Below, in pieces: positions 1-11,500 of a stretch of 64,000 nt of DNA. The DNA comes from Eledone cirrhosa (lineage: Eukaryota): positions 247,132,001 to 247,196,000 of the forward strand of contig OZ024740.1 of the NCBI GenBank assembly GCA_964016885.1. The letters run 5' to 3'. Position 1 is the first letter of the stretch, and the number at the start of each line of letters is the position of its first letter. The notes beneath the pieces are model-generated. The model was not told where the DNA came from and made no database searches. It worked only from the letters and a program-made list of their open reading frames with translations. Both the position numbers and the translations under genes were made by a program.

Positions 1-505
1 GCCATGGCAAAAGCGATTGTGTGGTGGACAAGGTTGAAAGGATTGAAGACGGAGACTTTCCTCTTCGGCGAATCCCTGATTAACTTTTTCAAAATTCAGT
101 TGATGAGGAAAATCAGGGTGGAGAGGCAAGTGCTATCTTCTAGTAAGTTTGTTGAAAGGTGGGTGAAAGTGGCCAGTCTGGTTCGAGTGAACGGGCCCGT
201 TCTGAGTATGCGCCTGTAGACTGTGGAGTGGAAGAACTGAGAGAGGGTGTTTACCCTGGTGGTCAGGGTGGCCGTGGTCTGTTGTGTGGTTTTCACCACG
301 AGTGACCCTCGGAGGTTTGCCCCTTTTGGGGGAATTTTTGTTGTTTGAATTTTTTTGATTTGTTTTTACACATTTCTACCTTTTTACACGACAAAAGCCA
401 CTTTGTATCGCCCTGAACCGTTCTGTGCCGTCTGTAAAGTTTTTCTTCATGTTAGCCCTTGTGGCCAATAGAGAAACAATTATTATTATTATTATTATTA
501 TTATT
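1..505 (+). mobile_element. 3' end of an L1/Tx1-clade LINE (ORF2 C-terminus, 3'UTR, (ATT)n tail)
   Basis: ORF 4-219 (WWTRLKGLKTETFLFG...GPVLSMRL) is homologous to the C-terminus of ORF 2657-6076; T-rich 3'UTR ends in (ATT)n at about 479-505. Confidence 0.92.
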
Positions 506-716
506 GACGAAAGTGGATGTACGTTTTTTGAAGCTCCGTGAGTAAGCAATTTTTTGAGGATTAATTGTAGAGAATTGTTTATTTTTTGTACCGCTGAAGC
601 ATTATAAGACATTAATTTGTATCCTGTGAAGGAATAACTCATAATATTTGGGCCTTTTGGCCAAAATATTTGAACTTTATTTTGAAAAAAAATAATAATT
701 TTTTTCTCAAAAAAAC

Positions 717-2627
717 ATGGCGGAGCCACGCCCCCTAGAGGCGGGTCTGCTGTCGTGCAACGGCGACTTGAGCGTTGAGAGGAGAGGTGAGGCGAGGAGC
801 GCCACCAGCACGAATGTGAGCAGCGACAGTGCCAGCACCAACGGGCCGAGCGGCGCGGAAGGTGGTAACAGCGACAACACCAACACCAACAAGCCGAACA
901 GCGCAGAAGGTGGTAATAGCGAGAGCACCAACAAAACGAACAGCACAGAGAGTAATAGTAGCGACAGCAACAGCACCAACAAGGCCAACAGCACAGAGGG
1001 TAACCACGACACAGGGGAGAACAACAACAGCAATAGCAGCAGCAACACCAACAAGAACAACAACAGTGACAACACCAACAAGAACACCTTCGCTGCTGTG
1101 GCAGCGGCTAAAAGGAGACCATGCTACAGCATCGACTTAACCAACAGAGAGGAAAAGTTGGCCCAGGCCTGAAAAATCATAAATCAAGAGCAGACCTGGG
1201 CAAACTTAACTGTCCCGGCAGAAGCCATTGAGGCAGTGGAAAAAAGAACGGTGCATTTCAGATGCATCTCAGTAGAGACAAAGAGGGCAGCGATAATCGC
1301 CCAAGCTGATATAGAAGCCGCACTGAAATACATCAGAGAGGACACAGACTTCATAGAGAGGGGCAGGCAATACGGCACCGTTTCGGTGCTGTTCAAGTCT
1401 GAAGCCCTCGCTGTGAAGCATTCAATGACCCCTTGCAAAACCAGCAAGGTTATAATGTACCCCTCCCACATGGGAAAACGAATAGCACGTGTGCGCATTC
1501 CCAGGATTCCACCAGGACTTGATATGTGGTGGCTCCTGGGTTGCGTAATCGTGGAAGGAACGGATACAGTCCCGGTAGAGGCAACGAGAACTGCCAGGGA
1601 CGACTGGTCCGGGGTTGATCTGGAGATACTGCTCCAAATCAGACCCGAAAACGTAAAAGCAATCCCGGACCACATCCGCCTCCAAAACGGGAGGGTGTTG
1701 CATATAATGACTGAGGGCAAAAGGCCGCATTGTTTCCTTTGTGGGGAAACGACACACTTGCGAGCCTTCTGCCCTCAACTGCCGAAAAGCGCAAGGGGTT
1801 GAAAGATTCCACTGCTGGCGACGCCGGGACAAGGACCACCAGCAACACCGTCAACAATGGAACCACCAAAATTGCACACCCAGGGGGGAAACGAGGAAAG
1901 CTCTCCCATTCCCCCTCCCCCCCAAAATACACACACGAACAAGAACATAAACACTCACTCAGACACAAACACGCTCACAGCCACAGACCCCTCATCCTCC
2001 AGCAGTGAAGATGAGGGAAAACCAAAGTCCCCCAAAATACAAAAAACAAAACACAAAAAAAAAAGAAATCCACAAAGCACAAACACCCCCACAAAAAAAA
2101 ATACACACACCACCCACACAAACATTTTCCCCACAGCATCACCAACACAACCACCAAAATCCCCCAAACGCAAACAAGCTAAACAGACACAAGAACAAAT
2201 AGACACACAAACATCAGAAACTACAGACACCCCACCCACAACAAACGCAGACACAATAGAAACAACACTAACAAAGCTATCACCACCACAATCACACGAA
2301 CAAATAAAACCCGAGCAACAAAACATTAAAAACTTCGTGCTTGCCAGAAGGGCCAACAAGGAATTGATGGCCCATGTAGCACGAAGCACAAACATCGAAA
2401 AAGACGGGGAAACATTTGAAGCGAGCACATTTCGCGTACCAGATAATTTGCTTCTGATGCGAATGTCGCTCGCTTCATACAAAGAAATTCGAAAGAGCTT
2501 TCCTCGGGATGTGGGAACCCCGAACGTAAAACCCACGTCAAGACTATTAAAGGGGTTCCCAAAAGAAACCCCACAAACCATGGAGGTCGAACCACCCGAC
2601 CTTCACAAGACCCCGGAAGGTAAGTAA
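717..2627 (+). pseudogene. Tx1 ORF1 (gag-like nucleic acid-binding protein) interrupted by two in-frame TGA codons
   Basis: ORFs 717-1172, 1236-1802 and 1857-2627 share one frame, separated only by TGA at 1170-1172 and 1800-1802. N/S/T-rich N-terminus, TFAAVAA motif, CCHC knuckle CFLCGETTHLRAFC, P/T/K-rich tail. Confidence 0.85.
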
Positions 2628-2656
2628 ACCTTTCCTCTCCCATTCATCCTGCCAGC

Positions 2657-5600
2657 ATGGCCATAAGAGTAGGAAGTTTAAATGTTCGTGGCCTGGGGTC
2701 GCCCTGGAAGCAAGGTCACTTGCTCAACGACCTCAGGTCACTAGGAATGGATGTAATTGCCATCAGCGAGACCAGAATTTCCGACACACGCGCACTGGCG
2801 CCGATTTTCGACGATTATCAGATCTTTGCATCTGTTAGTCGGCCGGGAATGGGAGGTGGAGTGGCTGTGCTGTTTAGGAAATGTCTGGATCTCGAGGTAA
2901 GATCAATCTTCCGGGATCCTGACGGAAAGTTGGTGGTCCTGGACGTGAGCAATAGCGAAGGTGGTGCCTTTAGACTGGTGGCCGTCTACGCCCCTACTGG
3001 GGCCGGTCGGCCGGACTTCTTTAGGCGCCTGGAAAACTTTCTGCTTACGTCTCGCCCTTTACTGTTAATAGGGGATTGGAATGGCATCTTAGAAGCACGC
3101 TGGGATTGTGTGGGAGTATCTGATAGGAGCGGGGGGTGCAAAAGCCTCAAGTACCTGATCAGCCAGTTTCAACTGTCTGACAGGTACCGACTAGATTTCC
3201 CTAATGCGCCAGTATGGACCTGGACCAATCGCATAGGGTCATCTAGATCGTACATAGATAGGATTTTCATTAGGAAAAGAGATAGAAATAGTGTAGGATG
3301 TCCACATTTTAAAACGGTTGCCTATTCAGATCACAAGCTTGTGATCTGTATGGTCGACCTAGATAAGACACGTAGGTTAGGACCTAGCTACTGGAAGCTA
3401 AACATGTCGTTTCCGGCACGTAAAGCTTACAGGGACCGGGTCAACAACTTAGTTAAGCAAATGTTGACAGGGGGGGTTGTCAACAACAGGTGGTGGGGGG
3501 CACTCAAAAGAGAGATTAGAGCAACCTCGATAGGATTTAGCAAAGAAGTAGCAATAGAGAAAAATAGAAAGGAGGAGGGGCTGATAGCTAAGTTAGACGA
3601 GGCTATTTGTAGTGGCATTGCAACAGACGTGCTAGCGGCGAGAATGGCACTAGACCATTTCTTCAATGCGAAACACGAAGGTTGCATTGTCAGAGCTAAG
3701 GCGCGTGCTCTGAGGAACGAGGGAACCAAAGCTGCCCGATGGGCTCGCTTTGCAGAGACGCAGCGTGGAAATAAAACCACAATTCGGTCTTTGACGGATC
3801 GAGATGGACACGAACTGAGCGATTCCAAGCAGATGTGTGAGGCCTTTCGCCAGCACTTTGCTCGATTGTTCGGGAGGATGGGTGAGTCGGAGACGGCGGC
3901 GGACTTCAGTCCCTACCTCGACGGCTTGCCACGCCTCTCGACGGCCGACGCTGAGCGCTGCGAAGAGCCGATAACATCAGCCGAAATTCAGGACGCCCTT
4001 GTCGGCTGCTCGAGTCGCAAGTCACCCGGTTTGGGTGGTCTGCCCTACGAGCTTTACGTAAATATGCCAGACTTGTTCTCCGATCTCCTCGAAGCGCTCT
4101 ACTGCAACTGGCAGCAGAACGGGAGCATTCCCAGTTCTGTGAGCCGTGGCGTAGTGACGCTGATAAGGAAAGACGAGAACAAGAGGGACACACTAGATAA
4201 TTTCAGGCCCATAACCCTGCTCAACACAGAGTTTAAGATTTTGGCCAAGGTGTTAGCGAAAAGGTTGGCGCTTGTCGTCAAAGATTTGGTTGGGGAGGCG
4301 CAAACTTGCGCAATCCCGACCAGGTCCATACACGACAACCTCCACCTCATGCGATACATCATAGAGAGGGTTGGGTGCAAACCTGGCTTCGGTGGGGCTC
4401 TGATCAATTTAGATCAATCGAAAGCATTCGATAGGGTCGACCATCGGTACTTGGAGGCTGTCCTCGAGGCGGCTGGCTTCGGCCCCGTCTTCAGAAGCTG
4501 GATCGCTGCAATGTACAGCGGCATCCGCTCGGTGGTCAAAGTTAATGGCCACCTCTCGGAACCGTTTCAGATCTCTCGATCGGTCCGTCAAGGGTGCCCT
4601 CTCTCCTCACTTCTGTACGTATTGACTCTTGAGCCTCTACTGCGGAAGCTGGAGTTGTTGCAGGGCATCCCGCTCGAACCGGGACGTAGAAAGGCTGCGT
4701 CCGCTTATGCGGACGACATCACCGTGATGGTGTCGGACACCTCGGAAATCGAGGTGATCCGCACCCATTTGGAGGAATATGAAAGGTTGACGGGAGCAAA
4801 ACTTAACCCGGAAAAGTCGGTGGGCTTGCAGCTCGGCACCTGGAGAGGCAAGTCCATGCCGTCCAACAGCGTCGTTGGGCGCTGGACAGACGGACCGGTA
4901 AAGTTGCTCGGGGTTTGGTTCGGACCAGACCTCCAGGTGGATAAGAATTGGGACGAGGTGACGAGCAGGATAGCCAACCTCACCCAGAAATGGGCTGAGA
5001 GAAAGCTATCACTGAAAGGGCGGGCGGAGGTGGCGAACGCGTACATCGCGTCCGTCATCTACTACCGCCTGACCGTCGTGCCTTGCCCCCGTCCACGCCT
5101 CGCCAATTTGGAACGGCTCCTTTTCAAATTTTTGTGGAGGGGACGGGTCCCGTTGGTGAGGCGGTCCATCTGCTGCCAGCACCCTCTTCGTGGAGGGCTG
5201 GGCATGCCGTGGCTAATGATGCGCAGACATGCGCTGAGGCTGCGACATCTCCAGATATTTTGCCTAAACGGTGAACAGGTGTGGTCGCCGTTTGTTAGAC
5301 GGGCCTTTCCGCAGCTCATCTCTTTGACTGAGCTGCAGTCCTGGGTCAAGAAGAGACCGAGACTGGGCGACTGGCATCTGGAATGTTGCCAGGCGCTCAC
5401 TGCACTCTGCAAGGTGGGCAATGCGGTCAGTGGAACTTCCACTCAAGATTTCTATAGAGGATTAGTGGAGGGCAAGTGCGATGACGTACTAGGAGAGGCT
5501 CTGGGCGTCAACGAAGTAGAACTGACCAGTATGTTCCGGAGGACTTTCGAGCCGGGGACGATGGATAACTTCCAGAAATCCCTCGCTTGGCAGTGCTACC

Positions 5601-6076
5601 GGGGGGCGCTGCCGGTTCGGGATAAACTCTACAGGCACGGAAGTGCTGTCAGACGAACCTGCCCGAGATGCGCGCAGAGCGACGAAACCGTTCTGCACGC
5701 ACTCGTCCAGTGTCCGTGCATTGCTGACTTGTGGGGTTATGTCGAACAGCTATTGTCGCGTGTAGAACGGATCCGGCTATCGTCCGAGTCCATAGTGAAG
5801 ATTGACCCGCCGCCTTCTTTTGGTCAGGAAGGGCAGGCAATTTTCCTCTGCCTGGTGGCAGTAGCGAAAGAGGTTGCATGGTGGACCAGGTTGAAAGGAC
5901 TGAAGACAGACACTTTTCTCTTCGGCCAATCCCTCATCAACTTCTTCAAGTTTCACTTGGAAAGGAAGGTGAGGGTGGAGAGAGAAGTGCTGCCCCCCAG
6001 TACATTTACTGAAAGGTGGGTGAATGTGGCGAGAATGGCCCGCGTGAGTGGGCCTACTCTGATCATGCGCCTGTAG
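2657..6076 (+). CDS. Tx1 ORF2: AP-endonuclease + reverse transcriptase + C-terminal zinc finger (1139 aa)
   Basis: APE motifs SLNVRGL, SET, VYAP, GDWN, YIDRIF, SDH; RT motifs FRPITLLNTEFKILAK, LDQSKAFDRV, RQGCPLS, YADD; zinc finger CPRC...ETVLHALVQC. Confidence 0.96.
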   Translation: MAIRVGSLNVRGLGSPWKQGHLLNDLRSLGMDVIAISETRISDTRALAPIFDDYQIFASVSRPGMGGGVAVLFRKCLDLEVRSIFRDPDGKLVVLDVSNSEGGAFRLVAVYAPTGAGRPDFFRRLENFLLTSRPLLLIGDWNGILEARWDCVGVSDRSGGCKSLKYLISQFQLSDRYRLDFPNAPVWTWTNRIGSSRSYIDRIFIRKRDRNSVGCPHFKTVAYSDHKLVICMVDLDKTRRLGPSYWKLNMSFPARKAYRDRVNNLVKQMLTGGVVNNRWWGALKREIRATSIGFSKEVAIEKNRKEEGLIAKLDEAICSGIATDVLAARMALDHFFNAKHEGCIVRAKARALRNEGTKAARWARFAETQRGNKTTIRSLTDRDGHELSDSKQMCEAFRQHFARLFGRMGESETAADFSPYLDGLPRLSTADAERCEEPITSAEIQDALVGCSSRKSPGLGGLPYELYVNMPDLFSDLLEALYCNWQQNGSIPSSVSRGVVTLIRKDENKRDTLDNFRPITLLNTEFKILAKVLAKRLALVVKDLVGEAQTCAIPTRSIHDNLHLMRYIIERVGCKPGFGGALINLDQSKAFDRVDHRYLEAVLEAAGFGPVFRSWIAAMYSGIRSVVKVNGHLSEPFQISRSVRQGCPLSSLLYVLTLEPLLRKLELLQGIPLEPGRRKAASAYADDITVMVSDTSEIEVIRTHLEEYERLTGAKLNPEKSVGLQLGTWRGKSMPSNSVVGRWTDGPVKLLGVWFGPDLQVDKNWDEVTSRIANLTQKWAERKLSLKGRAEVANAYIASVIYYRLTVVPCPRPRLANLERLLFKFLWRGRVPLVRRSICCQHPLRGGLGMPWLMMRRHALRLRHLQIFCLNGEQVWSPFVRRAFPQLISLTELQSWVKKRPRLGDWHLECCQALTALCKVGNAVSGTSTQDFYRGLVEGKCDDVLGEALGVNEVELTSMFRRTFEPGTMDNFQKSLAWQCYRGALPVRDKLYRHGSAVRRTCPRCAQSDETVLHALVQCPCIADLWGYVEQLLSRVERIRLSSESIVKIDPPPSFGQEGQAIFLCLVAVAKEVAWWTRLKGLKTDTFLFGQSLINFFKFHLERKVRVEREVLPPSTFTERWVNVARMARVSGPTLIMRL

Positions 6077-6333
6077 GCTGGTGAATTCGAGAAGGAGAGG
6101 GGTGCCCTTCCCGGGTGCCCTAGGAGCGTCGGGTGGCTCAGGACTGGTGGGGTGCTTGAGTCAACCCTGGGTGGTGATCCCTCTTATTGGGGAACTTTCA
6201 TTGTTGTATTTTTATTGTTATTTTGTTTTTGTTTTTTTGTTATTTATACTTACTCGATCTCTATGTAAACCCCCACTGTCCCTGTCTATTGTGTTGTCCC
6301 CTATATGTCGGCCCTTGTGGCCAATAAATGAAA

Positions 6334-6390
<57 letters not shown>

Positions 6391-6391
<1 letters not shown>

Positions 6392-7134
6392 TCTTTGAGT
6401 CTCAGTCATTGATGTTAGTTAACTGGAAAGTTTGTTGAAATGAATATCAAGCCACTACCTGCAGCCTCAGATATTCAGGACGTATCGGAGGGTTCTTGCT
6501 GTTCCCAGCAAGCATGCCTTTTGAAGCGTTCCAAAAAGCGTGAAGGGGCCAATTTTCTTTAACCATCCCTGGAAACTTTTTGAGATAGTCCCTAGTGCGC
6601 CGATGACAATCGGGACCACTTTGACTTCATGGCAGTTCCAAATCTATTTTACCTCCCACTTTAAGTCCTGGTTTCGGTTAATTTTCTCCCTCTCCTTCTC
6701 TTGCACTCTCGTGTCGAATGGGCAGGCCACATCCACAATCAGGCACGATCTATTTTCTTTGTCCAAAACCACCAGGTCAGGCCTATTGTGTTCCAGTTTC
6801 TTGTCCGTCTGTATCCTAAAATCCCACAGCACCTTCACCTGATCGTTTTCTATCACCGACTCTGGCTTATGCTCATACCACTTCTCAGAATGTGGTAAAT
6901 TGTTTACTTTGCATAGGTGCCAGTGGATCACCCTGCCCATCACATCATGTCTCCAGCCCTTATAGAGAGTCTGGGCTAGGTGTTTACACTCGGATACAAT
7001 GTGAGCCACAGTCTCCTCTCTCTCTCCACAGATCCTGCACAGTGGGCTAGCCTCCTCCTTGTAAATATGGTGTTTCATCCACTTCGTTTTGAGGGCCTGC
7101 TCTTGCGCAGCCATTAACATTCCTTCTGTAGCCC
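6391..7134 (-). mobile_element. 5'-truncated R4/Dong-clade RLE retrotransposon inserted in (TAA)n
   Basis: Minus strand reads AAQEQAL, CRICGEREETVAHIVSEC, RHD, VLWDF, RPDLVV, IVDVACP (CCHC plus PD..D restriction-like endonuclease). After one stop it continues VVPIVIGALG...LQKACLLGTARTLR to TGA at 6467. Both flanks are (TAA)n on its sense strand, the established Dong target. Confidence 0.9.
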
Positions 7135-7190
<56 letters not shown>

Positions 7191-7193
7191 ATC

Positions 7194-7279
<86 letters not shown>

Positions 7280-7296
7280 GGGTGTCTGTGTGTGTG

Positions 7297-7465
7297 TGTC
7301 GTTGGCGTTAGGAAGGGCATCCAGCCGTAGAAAACCATCCAGAAACACCCCTATTTGAGCGAGACACGGTCACCCGACAAAAGTTATCTCAAAATAGGAC
7401 TTGTCTAACCAATGCTAGAGTGGAAGATGGACATTAATCGATGATGATGATGATGATGACGATGA
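7297..7465 (+). mobile_element. 3' part of a SINE/LINE with (GAT)n tail (RTE-type tail inferred)
   Basis: GGCGTTAGGAAGGGCATCCAGCCGTAGAAA motif followed by GGACATTAATC-(GAT)n. Confidence 0.6.
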
Positions 7466-7991
7466 TATATATGTGTATGTATGTATATATATATTATACA
7501 TACATATAGTTGATAAATAAAATAAATATATTAAAAAAATATATATATAGGGATGCAAATACAAACTCTTAGGTACACGCTTAGATATATATATATTTAT
7601 TTATACGTCTATGTATATATATACACACACACATAAATATGTGTATTGAATGAATATATTTATAGCTACTTTAATCAACTACATACACTCTTACAACACA
7701 CGCACAAAAACCCACCCACACGTATGCAGATGATCATCGAAATAAACAGGTTTCCATTTCCGTCAAGCGAGACCCCCCCCCCCCCTGCTTCACAAACGTA
7801 GGCACAATATCCACTCAATATCGAACTTCCCCTCACATCTCACCGCTTTCACACATATTTCTGATACCATCTTCACACACGCATATATACGCTCACACAA
7901 ACACATAACTAATCATGCCTACACACGCATGCATGCATACATTCATACATACACACGTCCATGCACTCATCATACACACACACACACGCAG

Positions 7992-8055
<64 letters not shown>

Positions 8056-8264
8056 GTATATACATATATACTATATATATATATTGATATACACATACAC
8101 CATACATACATACATACATACATACATACATAGACATACACGCATACACAAACGAAGTGAGTCAGGATTAGGGAGTAGGTTAAGAGTTCACCAATATCAC
8201 GTGATTACTGACCGTATTTTCACCTCTACTATTCCATTGATTTCGGATTAAAGGCGACAAGAAA

Positions 8265-8351
8265 TTCTTCTTCTTCTTCTTCTTCTTTTTCTTCTTCTTC
8301 TTCTTCTTCTTCTTCTTCTTCTTCTTCTTCTTCTTCTTCTTCTTCTTCTTC
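8265..8351. repeat. (TTC)n microsatellite
   Basis: Direct inspection; another at about 55115-55219. Confidence 0.95.
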
Positions 8352-8509
8352 ACGGTCTTGTCTTTTTCCCCTCCCGTGTCTCTCCTCCTCACCTCCCCCC
8401 TCTCTTCCATACTCGCTTATTTTATCTTTTATAAGTTTCTATCTTTTTTTCACATCTTTCTTATTTTTGTTTTATTAATTCCTTTTTTTTCTATCATTTT
8501 ACTGCTGGT

Positions 8510-11500
8510 GTATACCCCTCCGTCCAGATCTACACTATACCCCTACGTCCAGATCTACAGTATACTCCTACGCCCAGATCTACAGTATACCCCTACGCCC
8601 AGATCTACACTATACCCCTACGCCCAGATCTACACTATACCCCTACGGCCAGATCTACAGTATACCCCTACGTCCAGATCTACACTATACTCCTACGCCC
8701 AGATCTACAGTATACTCCTACGTCCAGATCTACAGTATACCCCTACGCCCAGATCTACACTATACCCCTACGCCCAGATCTACACTATACCCCTACGGCC
8801 AGATCTACAGTATACCCCTACGTCCAGATCTACACTATACTCCTACGCCCAGATCTACAGTATACTCCTACGTCCAGATCTACAGTATACCCCTACGTCC
8901 AGATCTACACTATACCCCTACGTCCAGATCTACACTATACTCCTACGCCCAGATCTACAGTATACCCCTACGCCAGATCTACAGTATACCCCTACGTCCA
9001 GATCTACAGTATACCCCTACGCCCAGATCTACACTATACCCCTACGTCCAGATCTACACTATACTCCTACGCCCAGATCTACAGTATACCCCTACGCCAG
9101 ATCTACAGTATACTCCTACGCCCAGATCTACACTATACCCCTACGCCCAGATCTACAGTATACTCCTACGTCCAGATCTACAGTATACCCCTACGTCCAG
9201 ATCTACACTATACTCCTACGCCCAGATCTACAGTATACTCCTACGTCCAGATCTACAGTATACCCCTACGTCCAGATCTACAGTATACTCCTACGTCCAG
9301 ATCTACAGTATACCCCTACGCCCAGATCTACAGTATACCCCTACGCCCAGATCTACACTATACTCCTACGTCCAGATCTACACTATACTCCTACGTCCAG
9401 ATCTACACTATACTCCTACGTCCAGATCTACAGTATACTCCTACGTCCAGATCTACAGTATACTCCTACGTCCAGATCTACACTATACCCCTACGCCCAG
9501 ATCTACAGTATACTCCTACGTCCAGATCTACAGTATACCCCTACGCCCAGATCTACACTATACTCCTACGTCCAGATCTACAGTATACTCCTACGTCCAG
9601 ATCTACAGTATACTCCTACGTCCAGATCTACACTATACCCCTACGCCCAGATCTACAGTATACTCCTACGTCCAGATCTACAGTATACCCCTACGCCCAG
9701 ATCTACACTATACTCCTACGTCCAGATCTACACTATACTCCTACGTCCAGATCTACAGTATACTCCTACGTCAGAAATACAGTATACCCCTACGTCCAGA
9801 TCTACAGTATACCCCTACGCCCAGATCTACAGTATACCCCTACGCCCAGATCTACAGTATACTCCTACGCCCAGATCTACACTATACCCCTACGTCCAGA
9901 TCTACAGTATACTCCTACGTCCAGATCTACAGTATACCCCTACGCCCAGATCTACAGTATACTCCTACGTCCAGATCTACAGTATACCCCTACGTCAGAT
10001 CTACACTATACTCCTACGTCCAGATCTACAGTATACTCCTACGTCCAGATCTACACTATACTCCTACGTCCAGATCTACAGTATACTCCTACGTCCAGAT
10101 CTACACTATACCCCTACGTCCAGATCTACAGTATACTCCTACGTCCAGATCTACAGTATACTCCTACGCCCAGATCTACACTATACCCCTACGCCCAGAT
10201 CTACAGTATACTCCTACGTCCAGATCTACAGTATACCCCTACGTCCAGATCTACAGTATACCCCTACGCCCAGATCTACAGTATACCCCTACGTCCAGAT
10301 CTACACTATACTCCTACGTCCAGATCTACACTATACCCCTACGCCCAGATCTACAGTATACTCCTACGTCCAGATCTACAGTATACCCCTACGTCCAGAT
10401 CTACAGTATACTCCTACGCCCAGATCTACAGTATACCCCTACGCCCAGATCTACACTATACCCCTACGCCCAGATCTACACTATACTCCTACGTCCAGAT
10501 CTACAGTATACTCCTACGCCAGATCTACAGTATACCCCTACGCCCAGATCTACAGTATACCCCTACGCCCAGATCTACACTATACCCCTACGCCAGATCT
10601 ACAGTATACCCCTACGCCCAGATCTACACTATACCCCTACGCCAGATCTACAGTATACTCCTACGCCAGATCTACAGTATACCCCTACGCCCAGATCTAC
10701 AGTATACCCCTCCGCCCAGATCTACACTATACCCCTACGCCAGATCTACAGTATACTCCTACGTCCAGATCTACACAATACTCCTACGTCCAGATCTACA
10801 GTATACTCCTACGCCCAGATCTACAGTATACTCCTACGTCCAGATCTACAGTATACCCCTACGCCCAGATTTACACTATACTCCTACGTCCAGATCTACA
10901 CTATACCCCTACGTCCAGATCTACAGTATACTCCTACGTCCAGATCTACAGTATACTCCTACGTCCAGATCTACAGTATACCCCTACGTCCAGATCTACA
11001 GTATACCCCTACGCCCAGATTTACACTATACTCCTACGTCCAGATCTACACTATACCCCTACGTCCAGATCTACAGTATACCCCTACGTCCAGATCTACA
11101 GTATACTCCTACGCCCAGATCTACAGTATACCCCTACGTCCAGATCTACAGTATACCCCTACGCCAGATCTACAGTATACTCCTACTCCCAGATCTACAG
11201 TATACCCCTACGTCCAGATCTACAGTATACCCCTACGTCCAGATCTACAGTATACTCCTACGCCCAGATCTACAGTATACCCCTACGCCCAGATCTACAG
11301 TATACTCCTACGCCCAGATCTACAGTATACTCCTACGTCCAGATCTACACTATACTCCTACGTCCAGATCTACAGTATACTCCTACGTCCAGATCTACAC
11401 AATACTCCTACGCCCAGATCTACAGTATACCCCTACGTCCAGATCTACAGTATACCCCTACGCCAGATCTACAGTATACCCCTACGCCCAGATCTTCAGT

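Larger units (their letters stand above)
506..6390 (+). mobile_element. Near full-length L1/Tx1-clade non-LTR retrotransposon
   Basis: Putative AT-rich 5'UTR, ORF1 with CCHC knuckle, ORF2 APE-RT-zinc finger, 3'UTR with AATAAA near 6323 and (ATT)n tail; begins immediately after the (ATT)n tail of the preceding copy. Confidence 0.93.

Noticed and set aside
2620-2655. 36-nt intron fusing ORF1 to ORF2
   Set aside because: Very short, and its removal leaves ORF2 out of frame.
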